A stretch of 64,000 nt of DNA from the NCBI GenBank assembly GCA_009602725.1, contig WELB01000005.1:1454359-1518358 (forward strand), given 5' to 3'. This document shows positions 12,757 through 25,321 of the stretch, piece by piece (positions within the stretch are counted from its first letter, which is position 1; each line of letters opens with the position of its first letter). Made by a program: the position numbers and the translations under genes. The DNA is from Spirogloea muscicola. Lineage: Eukaryota. The notes under the pieces were generated by a model that saw nothing but the letters and a program-made list of their open reading frames with translations, was not told the DNA's origin and did no database searches.

Positions 12757-13589
12757 TGTAGACTGTTAGCCGTAAACTACATATCATGAGCTGCAACTTG
12801 AGGTCCACGTGTGGCTGCAAGAAGCTGATTAGTGACCAAACAGCTGACTGCCTGAGTCAAAGGTTTGGCGTCGCAGCCTCCTTGCCCATGTCTTTTCGAG
12901 TTCTTTCCTTCCACTGGTCCTAATCTTTCTGCTGTGGTTTGCATTGGGATCTGGTGCAAGTTGCATTCTCAGCCAATGAAACTCCATCTTAAAAGTCCGT
13001 CTCAATAGACTGTGATGTTGTCGGCCCCTTTTATGTTGGCTGTCGACTGGTGCCTGTGCAAGTTGACTTGATAGAGCAGGACGTCAGATTGAAAGTGGCC
13101 CCTAGTACCTATACAAAGTAAGATGCGCCCAAGACCACCGATGCAAGAGGACACTTCTGCAGTGACGTAGCACGCTGCACCAACATGGCAGTCATGGCTG
13201 TCTTACTAGGCACAACAGGGTTGCTTGGTGCATGTGCGGTGCAGATGCCAACCAAGATGTGGGCTATCGCAGCGGAGGGGCCCACTCTGGAGGAGAAATT
13301 CTGAGACCACTACTACTTCCCCAGCGGCCCTAAGTGGAAGTAAGCGAGCGCCAGTGATGAGGGCGGCAATGATGGTCAGCCCAGAGAGAAGGCTCGTCAC
13401 GCGCATGAATTGGAAATGAAGCACAGCTTAGCCCATTAAGGTTCATGCAAAAGGCGCAGGAAGTGCAATCGACTGGGCTACAGAGAACGACTCCCTAGGC
13501 TAAGAGGGGTCAAGGAAGCGCGGCGAAAGCACCCTTTAGAGGGGGCTTTTAAACCCATAGGTGAGACCTCCCCATCTCTTAATACACAC

Positions 13590-15725
13590 GCATTGTTCAT
13601 AGGTGAGCGCATAGTGTGCAAATACAGGTCGGGCAGGCTAACTCGGGGAGCCCGAGCACTGCCACCGAAGCCGGTGGAGGACGTGGTCAACCACAAGAAG
13701 ACAAAAGGTACGTGCAGTTGCGAACAGAATGGAAGGGACGCCAAACCTTGTCAATATAATGTCCAGGCAAAAGTAGGTACAAAGATGCAGGCACACAAAG
13801 CGAAGCCATCTGCTAAGGGGCTTAGGTAACAGTCTGAAAGCCGTGTGAAGAGGGCCTAAAGTACCCACGAGTGAGCACTTACTGACAGGTCAAGTTGGGA
13901 AGCTGGAGCACTGCCACGGAAGCCAGTGGCCTGGCTTAGAGCCGCCCAGCACGCTGGTGACTATCCAAAGCGTGGGAGCGCTGCAAAGTCAAGTAGTGCT
14001 ATATATGTTCAGGTGCATCATAGCACACCTCCTCAGGGTGGTCCTTAAGGAAGAAAGAAGGGCTCTTGCAAAGACGGTTGCTGAAGGTCAGCCCCAAATT
14101 GGACGAGGTCCAGGGAGAACCCTGGACCCTGTACCTGATCCTGAATTCCAAGGGGCCAACGGCTGCATAATCTCACTGTTTTTTTGTGGGCTGGCTCTTC
14201 GCACCCTCGCCCCCGGCGGAAGAGCTGCTTTCTCTGCAAAGGAAAGGCAATGTGAAGGAGTCAAGCTCTTCCAAATGAGAGACATGAATGTGGCTCTCCC
14301 AAAGAAGGCAAGGGCTGTGAATAGCCAGCCTGGAAAGAAATGACAAAGCCCGAAGGGGCCAAAAGCGCTCTCAGAGCTTTGCCGGTAGGATGAATCACAT
14401 AGTAACCACGATTGAAGAGCAGCAAAAAGAAAAGACTAGCAGCCGGAAAGCAAACCCTCTGACGAAAGCCCCTCAGCTGCAGCTAGAGCACGGCCAGCAC
14501 GCAGATGCAAGGCGTGGGCCATGGACCGCTGGAGTGAAGGGGAGGAAGTCGTTTTTCACAGCCCGAAACGAGCACACGAAGTCCGAAGGGGTCTCAAAGA
14601 GAGAGAGAGAGCGTCTCAAAGCGTTAAGGCACAACATTCAGCAAGTACCACGGAAGGCGGTCACCTGGTCGATGAGGGCGGATGGCGGGAAAGGCCAGCT
14701 CGAAAGGGGAGGAGGAATGACACTCTTCCAGTAGAGAGAGAAGGCGCGCGGGGCGCATGAATTGAAAGGGAGGCCAATTCAAGCCAAGACATTGTTCAGG
14801 CAGAGTCAAGTGCAGACTAAACAAGGCTACATAATACGGAGACCTAATCTAAGGTACCTAAGGTGACATTAGTACCCACGGGTAGAAAGTAGAATTTCGT
14901 GTATTCGGGTAGAGAGCGATGGCTGGGACTAGAGGAAGTGGCTCTCCCAATGGCTGTGATAAGCCAACCCGACAATAGTTGACCTTTCGTGAATTTCGTG
15001 TATTTGAAACAAACGAAGGCCAAAGGCCAAGTACAAAGGCAAGCACATCTGAAGACCTACATAATCTACAGTAAAGTGACCCGCTCAGTAACCACGGGTC
15101 AAAACATAAAGGTCGCTAACTGATGCCTGAATACTAGATGTCAGATACGAAGCCCTTCTGCCACCAACTAGAGCTCGGCCAGCTTTCTGGTGCAAGGCAT
15201 TAGCCTGAGCACGCTGCAAACAGGCCGAAACACGTCGTCGCAAGAAAGACAGATATGCAGCTGGCAAGCCCAAAAGGGGCCCACAGTGAGAGAAGTGGCT
15301 CTCCCAATGAAAACATGGGGGCAAGGGCTGGGATTGGCCACTAGAAGAAGAAAAGCTGCAGCCAGATTGACTGGTGGCTGTGAGAGGCCAGCCCAAAAAA
15401 AAGTAATGGACGAATGAGCAGTAAAAGAACGAACAGAAACCCGGGCTGGATTTCCAGGGGGAAGAAGTGGTACTCCCAATGGGGGGGCAAGGGCTGCGAA
15501 AAGAAGAAGTGGCACTCCCAAATGGGGGCAAGGGCTGCGAAAAGCCAGCCCAAAAAGAATTCACAAAGGTTCAGAGGGGGCCTAAGAGCGGTGAGCAGCT
15601 ACAAAGGGGCCTGAGGATGCTATGGTAAAACAGGGGAAGGATGGATCACTCAGTAATTCCGAGTGAGGAGCCTCAGATCCGACAGACTAGCTGCCGGGAA
15701 GCTATCACCCAGACGAAAAGGGGGA
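13590..15725 (-). mobile_element. Head-to-tail stack of CRE-like retrotransposon 3' ends (several subfamilies, mostly minus strand)
   Basis: ORF tails LQRSHALDSHQRAGR...VLTRGY (~13860-13990), LQRSMAHALHLRAGRAL (~14480-14535), LQRAQANALHQKAGRAL...DLYVLTRGY* (15085-15240) and GDSFPAASLSDLRLLTRNY* (15650-15715). They alternate with repeated terminal motifs at ~14180, 14290, 14735, 14935 and 15290-15560. Confidence 0.72.
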
Positions 15726-16364
15726 AGCCCCGACCAGCCCCGACACAGACGGCAGGAGTGCTTGGCGAGGTGTGGGGCCGCGCCGCGTGGCAAGGCGCCG
15801 ACGGCGACCCTGCGCCGACGGCGGCGGCGCAGTGGGTTAACGGCTGCCTTGGCGGGGGAGCAGGACCGACGGATCATCATCTACGGCTGCGATCAGCCCG
15901 CGGCAGAGCGGCCCGTGACGCAGCCGACACGTGGCGCCGCCTCGCGGGCCGCCGCAAGATGCGGGCTTTTGGCGCGGGCGGCGCCGCGTCACGTGCCGGC
16001 CCTTGCCTGCAAGTTAGCGGCGAGTTATCGGCCGCCGGGGACGCGGTAACCGGCGCCCGTGGCCGCCGGCGGTCAGGGCCCGCCGTCAGGGGGGGCCCGG
16101 GCCCTCGACAGGTAAGTGGAGGGGGCGCCGCGCCGAGCACGGGGCCCGGGCGGCGGGAAAGCGGGAAAGCGACACGGGCGGCCCCGGCTGGCCGCCCCTC
16201 CCTCCTCCCGCGGGAGAGCGCCCGGTAAGCGAATGTAATGAAAAAGGGGAGGGGGGGAGCGCAGCCGGCAGCAGCACTAACACCCCGGGGGGAGCTTGAG
16301 GGAGGGAGGTCAGTCGGAGCTCGGGCGCCGCCGCGGCTAGGGCTTGTGACGCGCCGCGGCCGCC

Positions 16365-19300
16365 ATGGCGAGCCTCAAGGCCGGCCCCGGCGGCGGCGGC
16401 GGCGCNTCGCCGCGCCCGCCGCCGGGCGCGACGTCTACTGCTCCGCCTGCCTCCTGCTCGTCGCCGCCATCGCCGTCCTCTCCCTCGCCACGCCCATCTT
16501 CTGGACCATCAAGGCCAGCAGCTGGCACATCTACGTCCGCGAAGCCGACACCAAGGACGGTGCGCTGAGACTGCCTCGCTGCCTGGCGCTGGCCAGGCCC
16601 TCTCTTTATGCCTGCTTTGCACTGCAAGACGGCGTCGTAGTGCAGTAGTTCCTCCCCGTCGCTCCTCAGTTGGGGTGTTCACGTCTCACACGATCATCCT
16701 GAGCAGCAGCGTCAAGCTGGCACACGCTGGTCAGGGTGTAGGTGTCCCCGAGGTCATATTAGATCCCAGGCAAACCAGACAAGAACTTGCTATACAGCAT
16801 TGCTGGTTGTACAGTATGCCGCTCACAGGCCTTTTCTGGACCAATGCCTGACGAGCGGTTGTTGTTTTTCTTTCTGCAGTACCCTTCAGAATACAGGGCA
16901 GGAGCTACTCGGTCATGAACTACATCCATAACATAGCACAAGTAACAACACCACACACACTACAAAGCTTCTCAGCAGTCTCACCTTAGGTGCAATATTG
17001 GTTTAAGGCTGAGCAAGCGACCCTATGTGAAAATTTGACGGCTATCACGCATGCCCCTCAGAACTCTAGGGTTGAACGGCGGTTTGGCAGCTGTGCCGCC
17101 CTGACCAGTGTTCTGCACCGTACAGGACGAAGTGGAGGATGGCGTCTATGGGGGAAAGGGTAGGCTCATGCGGCTGTCAAGACAGAGCAGCCAGACTTCA
17201 AGCTTAGATGAAGAAGAGGAGGAAAACCCTGGTGATGAGACTGCTCCTGGTGGGGAGGAGGTTGCCCGTGGGGAAGGGCTGGAGAGCGTCTCATCATCGT
17301 CCAAGGTACTGCTATGCCATAATTGTTGCCCTTACCTGGTCCACTGTCATGCTCACAGACTTTTTCCTTGCGCCAAGCTAGTTGGGCTGTCAAGGTGGCT
17401 CTTGTCTTATCCCAGTGGTGCACTATGCAGAGTATCCATTAGGTCCACAGGCTCATCATCCTCCAAAAGCATCTGTCAAAGCTGGACCATGTCAAGATGG
17501 GGTGTGTCACTGATTCTGTAGTGATGCGTCAATGCTACTCCTGCTCCCCAGCTCTTCCTCATACATGTGATTTGCAGGCTGGCCTTCCTAAACAGAGGCT
17601 CTATCTCTCTAATTTGCTAGCAGGCCTCACTGACATGTCACTCTCATGGCTGACTTCATATGCGCAGGACACTGACACTGACGAGAAAGACAGGAGCAGC
17701 ACTGACAATGCAGGTAGCAATCACTTCCTTACACCAGCGTACTTATGTTCACTTGATTGATTAGACTGCTGTACTTCAACAATAGGCCTGAGACATGCTT
17801 CGGAATGGTCATGAAGCAGCTGCCAGTCTCCGGTGTTCTAGCTGAGTGGCCAAGCGCAGACTGATCATAAAACAGAATTAGGCCGCGCTTAGGTTGCCCT
17901 GAAGGGCTTTAAACTTCCTGTCTGACTGAAACCTGTTGCACCAGGAACCAACTATGACGAGCTCCAAAAGTTAGTGAATATTGCAGCGCTAGCAGATGCA
18001 CTGCGCAACAAACTCATACTTGACCTTTATATAGCTAGCTGCCAGGGGGCAAGTCAGGCAGGAGGAGGGTGCATAGAGCAGTTGAGGCCGTCATTCAGTG
18101 TACTTTTTGATGTCCATAGGCGCGCATAAGCTCCGGGTGCTACAGCATGATCATTTGATTGCATCATCAAGCCTGCCCTGATTCAGAAATGAGAGCACAC
18201 ATGTCAAGGTATTGGGGGAGTCTTGAAGTACTACTGCATGCAGGCGTCAGGAATGCTAATACTTTTCTGCTTTTCACCTGGCAGATCGTATCGCTTCTAT
18301 GAGGAGCCTCCTACGAGGACAACTCAATCTTGCAAAGCAGTACGCGACAAATGTGAATGTGTTCCAAAACAAGCATCTGTCAAGGCACCTAAGCGTGTTG
18401 ATTGCAAGGGCAGAGGACCTTGTGGCTCAGCTAGATGGCGAGCAGGCAGTCTGGAGTGACGCAGATGTGTTCCCCAGCACCTTACAGCTGCTGGAAATAA
18501 CAAATGCCAGGTCAGCTCCTGCATAGCCTGCTTTCCATGCAAACCCTTCTGCTGCATGAGTTGGCTTCAAGGATATCTTGTTGGATCCCTGTCAGAAGGT
18601 TTTGTTGAATTGGCACTGTTTTAGTCCTTCTTGGCTAGGATGTCGCATGTTCTTCCTGTACAGGCCAATCTAAAGGTGAGCTTTTCTCTTGCTATTGTGG
18701 TGATGTTGAATAGGGCTAAGGAATGGCAAGGCAATCTCCTCAACATGAGGAAGCTGAAGGCAAGCATTGCCAAAGGCAAGGATCGATTGCTGCGACTGCG
18801 ACGGGAGCGTAACATGCTTGACCTGGCTGCCGCCAAAGCATTACCCAAGGCCTTGCACTGTGTCAGCCTACGCTTAACCATTGAGCTCAATAAGGATGAG
18901 CGACTCAAGCAGGTGCGCATGCAACAGTCTTGTCAGCCTAAGGCTCAGAAGATATTTTGTTTTCCACATCACAAGGATCGATCAGGACAGGCTTGTCCTG
19001 CTTTGTGCTCTCTGTTAATGACTGCGTCTTTCTTGAATGAGATTGTTGTTGTAGATGTTGCGCTGCCCCATATTGCATTTCTCAGGACATCATCACAAGA
19101 AGTTGTTGCGCCTTGTCTTACTTTGTGGTTGTCGATGTTGCTTGTGAAGAAAGTTGCTGTAGAGGTCACGGCTACTTCTGAAAGGAACTTACTGAATTGC
19201 TGAGGTCGTGTGAACATTTCAGAGCTTAGCGGCCCGCCTTGAGGCAGACAAGGATAGGCTGCAGGATGGCGAGCTCAACCACTATGCGCTCTTCTCCGAC

Positions 19301-21131
19301 AACGTCCTTGCAGCCTCAGTGGTTGTGGCCTCCCTCGTGAGGGCAGCCAAGAACCCCAAGAGACAGATCATCCACATTGTCACGGACGAAGTGAACAGAC
19401 CGGCCATGGAGGCGTGGTTTGCCATACACCCGCCAGCACCTGCTGCACTGGAGATCCAGACCCTGAGTGATTACCCCTGGCTGAACGCCAGCTACTGCCC
19501 AGTCCTTCAACAGCTGGCATCCGCGGCATCAAAGAGCTACTATTTCAGTCAGTCCGCAGAGGGTCAGTGAATCAACGTTTCCATCTATGATGCCATCATG
19601 ACATACTGGCAGGCATGCACAGATACGTAGACATGCTACTGAGTGAAGCATGTGGTAGCTCATCTATACTCCAGAGAGTGCAGATGCAGGTCTCAGAAAG
19701 TCTAAGCTCTTCAGTGGCTGGTACTTCAGTGGCTGGTACTTACAACTATTTCTGGCCTTATGTGTTGCTGGTATGTCAAAAAAGAGTATTCCCACAGGCC
19801 TTTCATATGACTCATTCCATTGCTCGATGATGGCAGGTACATTGCCGCAATCTTCGAACACTGATATTGATACTTCTGATATCTCTGGTGCCAAGCAGCC
19901 CAAGTATCGGAACCCTAAATATCTGTCAATGCTCAATCATCTGCGATTCTATCTTCCGGAGGTAAGAGCCAACCTTGTCCATGCATATGAATTTGGGCAG
20001 GCTTTCTCTGCAGTCGTGAATTGCCTATGTCGCCCAACATGCATTGGCACCAGAAGGCATGGACGCAATGTTGTTGCAGCCCAGCACAAGGAAAATATAG
20101 GATTTGAGCAGTGTCTGCAACCATTAGACTTTGCAGAAGTGTATTACTACCATACTACCAAACCTGGTGCCTGTCCTTGACATTTGATAGTGACATTGAT
20201 ATAGTGATAGGAGTGGTCAGAGAGAAATACATCACCCCCAGAGAAATCTGACATTTCTTCTCTGCCATTCCTTGCTTCTGGGGTATGGCCTTTAAGGTCA
20301 ACATTGGCAATCAATTGCATAGTGTTCATTGGAAAAATGTCTATCTGCTCACTCTTCCTTCCTGCGTGCTGAGCAGATGTTTCCTAGTCTGGACAAGATT
20401 GTGTTCCTGGATGACGACATTGTGGTTCAGAAAGACTTGGCTCCCTTATGGGACATACCTCTACATGGCAACGTCAATGGAGCAGTATTTACCTGCACTG
20501 GGAAATTCCATCGGCTTCACCAGTACCTCAACTTCTCAAACCCATTGATATCTGATCACGTCGACCCCAGTGGCTGCGGCTGGGCTTACGGCATGAATGT
20601 GTTTGACCTCAAGGCCTGGCGGGAGAGGGGCCTGACGGCTGTGTACCACAGATGGCAGAGTCAGGTACAACTTGAGAAGAAGGATCGAGATGCTTTTATG
20701 CTCCAGTAGCCAAGAAGCTGCACTTGGCAATTGACTGCAGATCCGACTGGAATGCATTTCAGTGCATGCAAACTCTCCTTAAGCCTGATGGAGAATGTGC
20801 AAGGTTGTATAGGCTAAATCTGATGAGTCTGTGTGTCTTGTGGACTATGCAGAATGCTGATCGTCAACTGTGGCGGCTAGGTACACTTCCCCCTGGCTTG
20901 TTGACTTTTTACAAGCTCACGAGAGGTCTAGACCCCTCGTGGCACGTCCTGGGTCTGGGCTACGAGTCTAAGACGACACTAGCGGAGGTCGAGCAGGCGG
21001 CTGTGGTCCACTGGAACGGCAACCGGAAGCCGTGGCTGGACACCGCCATCCCACAGTTCCGCCAGCGCTGGCTCCAGCATGTTGCTAAAGACGACCGTAT
21101 CCTCTCTGACTGCAACTTCGACATCCAATGA
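16365..21131 (+). CDS. GAUT: Galacturonosyltransferase (glycosyltransferase family 8), multi-exon
   Basis: N-terminal TM segment (CLLLVAAIAVLSLATPIFW). Motifs LPKALHCVSLRLT, HYALFSDNVLAASVVV, HIVTD, WLNASYCPVLQQL, KYRNPKYLSMLNHLRFYLPE, KIVFLDDDIVVQKDL, CGWAYGMNVFDL, LWRLGTLPPGL and HWNGNRKPWL. A single N at ~16406 disrupts the first-exon frame. Confidence 0.93.
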
Positions 21132-22335
21132 CGTCGAGGCAATTGACCATGGTGTCAGCTTCCCTGCGATTGGCAGGGTCGGTGACAACAGTTTCGCCAC
21201 CAGCACATGCTGCTTCCACTTGTGCTGTGTATGATCCAGCTTTTGCCTGGAGGAGGCTGGGAGGAGCCATTGCACTCCAGCTTAGAAAATTGCTTTGCAG
21301 CCCTTCCTCTTCCTGCCATATGCAGGTCGAATTTGTATCACTGACGATTAGCTGTGCTCACAAATAGTGGCTATTAGGGTCATATGTGGGAAGTATTTTA
21401 TCATGAAACACTGCTGAACACTTAAGCGAAACTCTCATCTTGTATTGATTCAGAGTTGCTTGTCACATAGCCAACTTCTTCTGTGGATAAATGATTTAGT
21501 CAAATGTAATGTAAGCGACCTGAAGTGGCTTCTTTAGATTGTGCAAGTGAGGCTGCAACAGGCTCTTCTGGATATCGGCTAATTGCGCGGATTTGGGTCA
21601 CTGAGACTGGCATTCTGATCATCCTGTAAGTGTATCCACGAATATCAATAACCGGATCACACCACTTTTCACCTACAATTTATGATGACAGTAACAATTA
21701 CTGATTCCCAGTGTTGTAGTTACTATTCAAAAACCTCTATATTGTACAGCAATGTCTAATGAGATACAGCTATGATGAGGCAGCTGGTTGAGCTTGATAC
21801 ACTGGTCTAGTGTATCAGTACAATGTGTGCCACAGCATGCCTATGTTGGACCAATCCTGACATTGTCTGGTGGAAAGAAAAGTGATTGTGGACGAATGCG
21901 TGCATCCATGGGCGTGCCATTCTCGACAAAAAGCAACACTGATCTTTATTCAGAACACTAATGCATAGATATAAAATAACCAAACAATGTGTGTTGACAT
22001 TAAGCGTGCCACAACAACAGACCCATATCAGACAGCATAGATTTGCAGCCATTGCTGTCACCAGATGCGCAAAAGCTGAAAGACTTGACTTTGGCTTATA
22101 AGCACACATTTGTAAGGAGACAAAAACTCCATAACATGAACACTTGGTCCGTATTACATGTGTACTCTAAGAGGACATAGGCACGTGCATCCTTATCGAT
22201 CTCGACATCTATGGCTGCTGGTACATATCCTCCTGGGTACTCCAGATTCGCACATCAATATATGTTGAGCTGCTCCTGTCAACTCTGCAACCATGTCCTG
22301 CCTGCCTCTGAACAATTTTAGAATGGGGTGAACGC

Positions 22336-22783
22336 TTAGTAGTTCTTCGCCCGGTTCTCTGCCCGGTTGGCAGAGTCCTTGAAGTCATTCTTCACATCCT
22401 CTGCCGTATCCTTTGCCCTCTCCTTGTACTCGCTGGCCTTGTTCTTCGTGTCCTCAGCCCAGTTGCGGCCCTTGTCAAGGGTCTCCTGCTCATTCACCGA
22501 GTGAAGCCTCCGATTAGCCAGAAGACCTATCCACACGCCCAGTGCGAACACCTCCTCGCAACTCCAAGGCGCCAGACGCGTCTCAAATGCTCCCCTTCCA
22601 TCAGGTACCACGGCAATGGACCACACACTAATCATGACGTACACAGGAGGGCGAGAATACAAATTGACTGACCTGGGCCTCCCTGTTGCCCTTGTCGGTT
22701 CCAAGGACATAGTACAAGACGCCGCCAATGGCAGCAATGCCAATGGCTGTGAGCAGGTTGTCCCTGTTGATTTCGATGCCCAT
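22336..22783 (-). CDS. Small (86 aa) LEA-like/YtxH-like protein, paralogue of 5600-6145; exons 22783-22673 and 22485-22336
   Basis: Spliced product is MGIEINRDNLLTAIGIAAIGGVLYYVLGTDKGNREAQ|ETLDKGRNWAEDTKNKASEYKERAKDTAEDVKNDFKDSANRAENRAKNY*. A 5' UTR intron is probable (~23140 to ~22795). Confidence 0.8.
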
Positions 22784-23161
22784 GGCTGCGGTCCTGAACC
22801 AGCCGGTGAAGAAACAAGACCACAGCAGCGTGCAGCGGTCAACTACAGGAGTGCATGCACGCAATGTGGATACATCTGACAGTCTTCTCGAGTCAGCCCA
22901 TCACTCAGAATGACGAAGCAGCTGGGGACGCAGTGCAGAGTGAGACGTTTTGCACAAGGGTGAGAAGGAGCAGCTGCGGACACCGGACGATTTGCGCACA
23001 GGAGTGCCATGCCAAGCAGCGCAGGGCGAGCGACAAGGGAAACAGAGACCCAGCAAACGCCATCTAAGATGGGAGGCCCCAGCATGCCATCTCAGTGCAG
23101 GCAGCGGCTCTCGAGTGGTGGGTGAGGGGCGGCAGCGTACTGGGGGACAGCCGGGTGTTCA

Positions 23162-23205
<44 letters not shown>

Positions 23206-23305
23206 AGGCGGCGGTGACGGAGGGTGTGTGTAGCGGCAAATCAGGAGCTAAACATGTGGCGTTAGAGGGGAGGTGGGGGGGCTTGGGAGGGGGGGAGGGA
23301 GGGTG

Positions 23306-23477
23306 GCCACGTGGCGGACGGGGCGGGGCCCTCCCAGCATGCGCGCCGAGTGCTCGCCACGTGGCAGAGCCCGGCGGCGTGGCAGGCTGAGATTGGCTTC
23401 TCTCCCCCCGTCCTCATCCGGAGGGCCCTCCGGCTGGTCGCCACGTGGATCAAAGACGTGGACTGATGCTGACGTGG
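23306..23477. promoter_or_regulatory. G-box/ABRE cluster upstream of LEA-like gene 2
   Basis: GCCACGTGGC at 23306 and 23356, GCCACGTGG at 23440, GACGTGG at 23455 and 23471, and ATTGG at ~23392. Confidence 0.65.
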
Positions 23478-23554
23478 TGTGATCCGCGGGCATCAGCGAA
23501 GCCATCCGGAATCCCAGCTTGAGAAAGAACAGTGTCAGTTGTACGTGGAGAGTA

Positions 23555-24062
23555 GGGGACTCTTTCCAGTGGAGGGGCCATGGCTGTAAATTGGTCAGAA
23601 TGAACTCTTAAAGGGGCCAGATGGCGCTTACGACTCAAGTGGCCACTGGGTTGCTCAGTATGCCCGGATGAGCAGCCGCAGGTCAGAGAAACTGTTTGCC
23701 AATGTAGAGCTCCCCCGAAAGGAACGACTTGGCCAGCTAGCTATTCAGACCTGCATCTCTTGACGAGAGGTTACTGAGAGTCTCGTTGCTGCTGTCTTGG
23801 TCCTTAGCACTCCGGCTTCTTCAGACCTTGTCTTTTCCTTTGGGCTGGCCTCTCCCAGCCACCAGTCAACCTGGCCGCGCTTGCTGTCCAGCCCACCCAT
23901 TCTGTTTGAGGGAAGGGCGCGCCCGTTGAGGATAGGTGCTGGAAATGCCAGCCCAAGAAAAGAACAACAAAGGACGAGAAGGGGGCCAGGGGTTCTGTTT
24001 GAACACTATTGGATTGAATTGGCCACGCTTTCGTCTCATGCGCACCGCGCGCCTTCTCTCCT
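23555..24062. mobile_element. Cluster of CRE-like retrotransposon 3' ends
   Basis: + ORF tail RKGTTWPASYSDLHLLTRGY* (~23715-23778) followed by GGGCTGGCCTCTCCCAGCCC. An inverted 3' UTR lies at ~23910-23990, and a + type-II end GAATTGGCC...ATGCGCACCGCGCGCCTTCTCTC at ~24015-24060. Confidence 0.7.
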
Positions 24063-25321
24063 TGTACTGGTGCAAGCAGTGGGTACATCGAAATAGGATG
24101 TAGGTGTCGATGAAAGGCAGTCCCGGTGAAGCAGCGTGCTGCGGCAGCCGCGGTGGAGGGCTGCAAATTGTTGCAGCTCTCACAAGTGACTGACAAGAGC
24201 AACGAGCAGGGGTGCTTGAGAGGTTCATTGGCGCGCGATCTTCACTGTGGGCGGGGCCTTGGTTCTTCTCTCAAGGCGAGCAATCTCTCCTTGGTTGCGA
24301 GCAGCTAGATCGACGAGCAGACTGACTTGCCGGCTGAAGACCAGTGGAGTTCTGTGCTCTCTGAGCAATGTCAATTCCTCGTGATTGTTCTGTGACCAGT
24401 TTGAAGCCAAGGGAGATGCCACGCACAACCTGATAAAGCAAAGGTAGCTACGGGAGCAACCTTGCCATAGTCTCAGACATCATGACGTATATCTGCCGAG
24501 GAGGAAAGCTGCCACGTAATAGAGAGAATTAGATGCTCACGAAAGAGCGCGACATTCTTTATCAAAGGGCTCCTCCAAAGCGTACCAGGTGTTATACTAG
24601 GCAGCATCCATAGCGCACATTGTGGATGTCCACTTGCTGACAAAGTAAAATACAGGCGTGTGGCCCAAAATATGTATTACATTGCCGTTATTCTGGATGT
24701 AACTGGTAGCAACTCTAGTAGCTAGCAACAACTGATGGGAAGTCAAGTTTGGCACTTGTTGCTTCCAGATCAGCGCTGGAATTAGAGAGCTGTGAACTCT
24801 AGCATAAGTTCGAGGTATGATTAACAGGCCCATCTAGACCCGTACATTGCCACATGCATACAAAAAGATGATGTGCGGAGCCCATAAGCTAAAGATGCGC
24901 TGAGGCCAAAGGGCGGAGCCATCGGAAGCTGGCCACTGCATCGCAAGGAGGCTCGGAAACGAATTTTTCCCTTCTCGAGAGGAGATAAAGAGAGGGAGAT
25001 GGCTGTGGGAGGTTGTGGCAGGGGCCACAAGTACAAGGCGGAGTTTGAAGTGGATTCTGTGTCGCAAGAGCTGGACAGGAATGAGAGGAAGCGGCTGCCT
25101 TGGGCTGCTATCAGCTGCCTCCACTATGACTTGGAGCAAGCAAAGTCGATCTTGGAGGAAGGCGTTCCAAGCTCTTGGGAAACCACTAATCTTCGCGCCA
25201 TTATGGGAAGGGCTGTGCGACCACACCTCTGCATGGACTGTGTGCTCCATTGCCCGATGAGGACTGGAGAAGTCTGAGCGGAGGGGCCGCCGTATCTCGC
25301 AGTCAGTGGCCTGTCATCTTC

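Noticed and set aside
15290..15560. Regularly recurring GGGCTG...AGCCAGCCC motifs as a CRISPR-like array
   Set aside because: The context is eukaryotic, the units vary in length and sequence, and there are no cas genes. They are explained as stacked retrotransposon 3' termini.
24362..24382. ~20-nt match to the Harbinger transposase 5' region (~30459-30478)
   Set aside because: The similarity does not extend convincingly on either side, so I cannot support a second element.
24999..25277. 92-aa + ORF downstream of the MORN gene
   Set aside because: It has no recognisable domain or supporting splice structure and probably overlaps the MORN 3' UTR.
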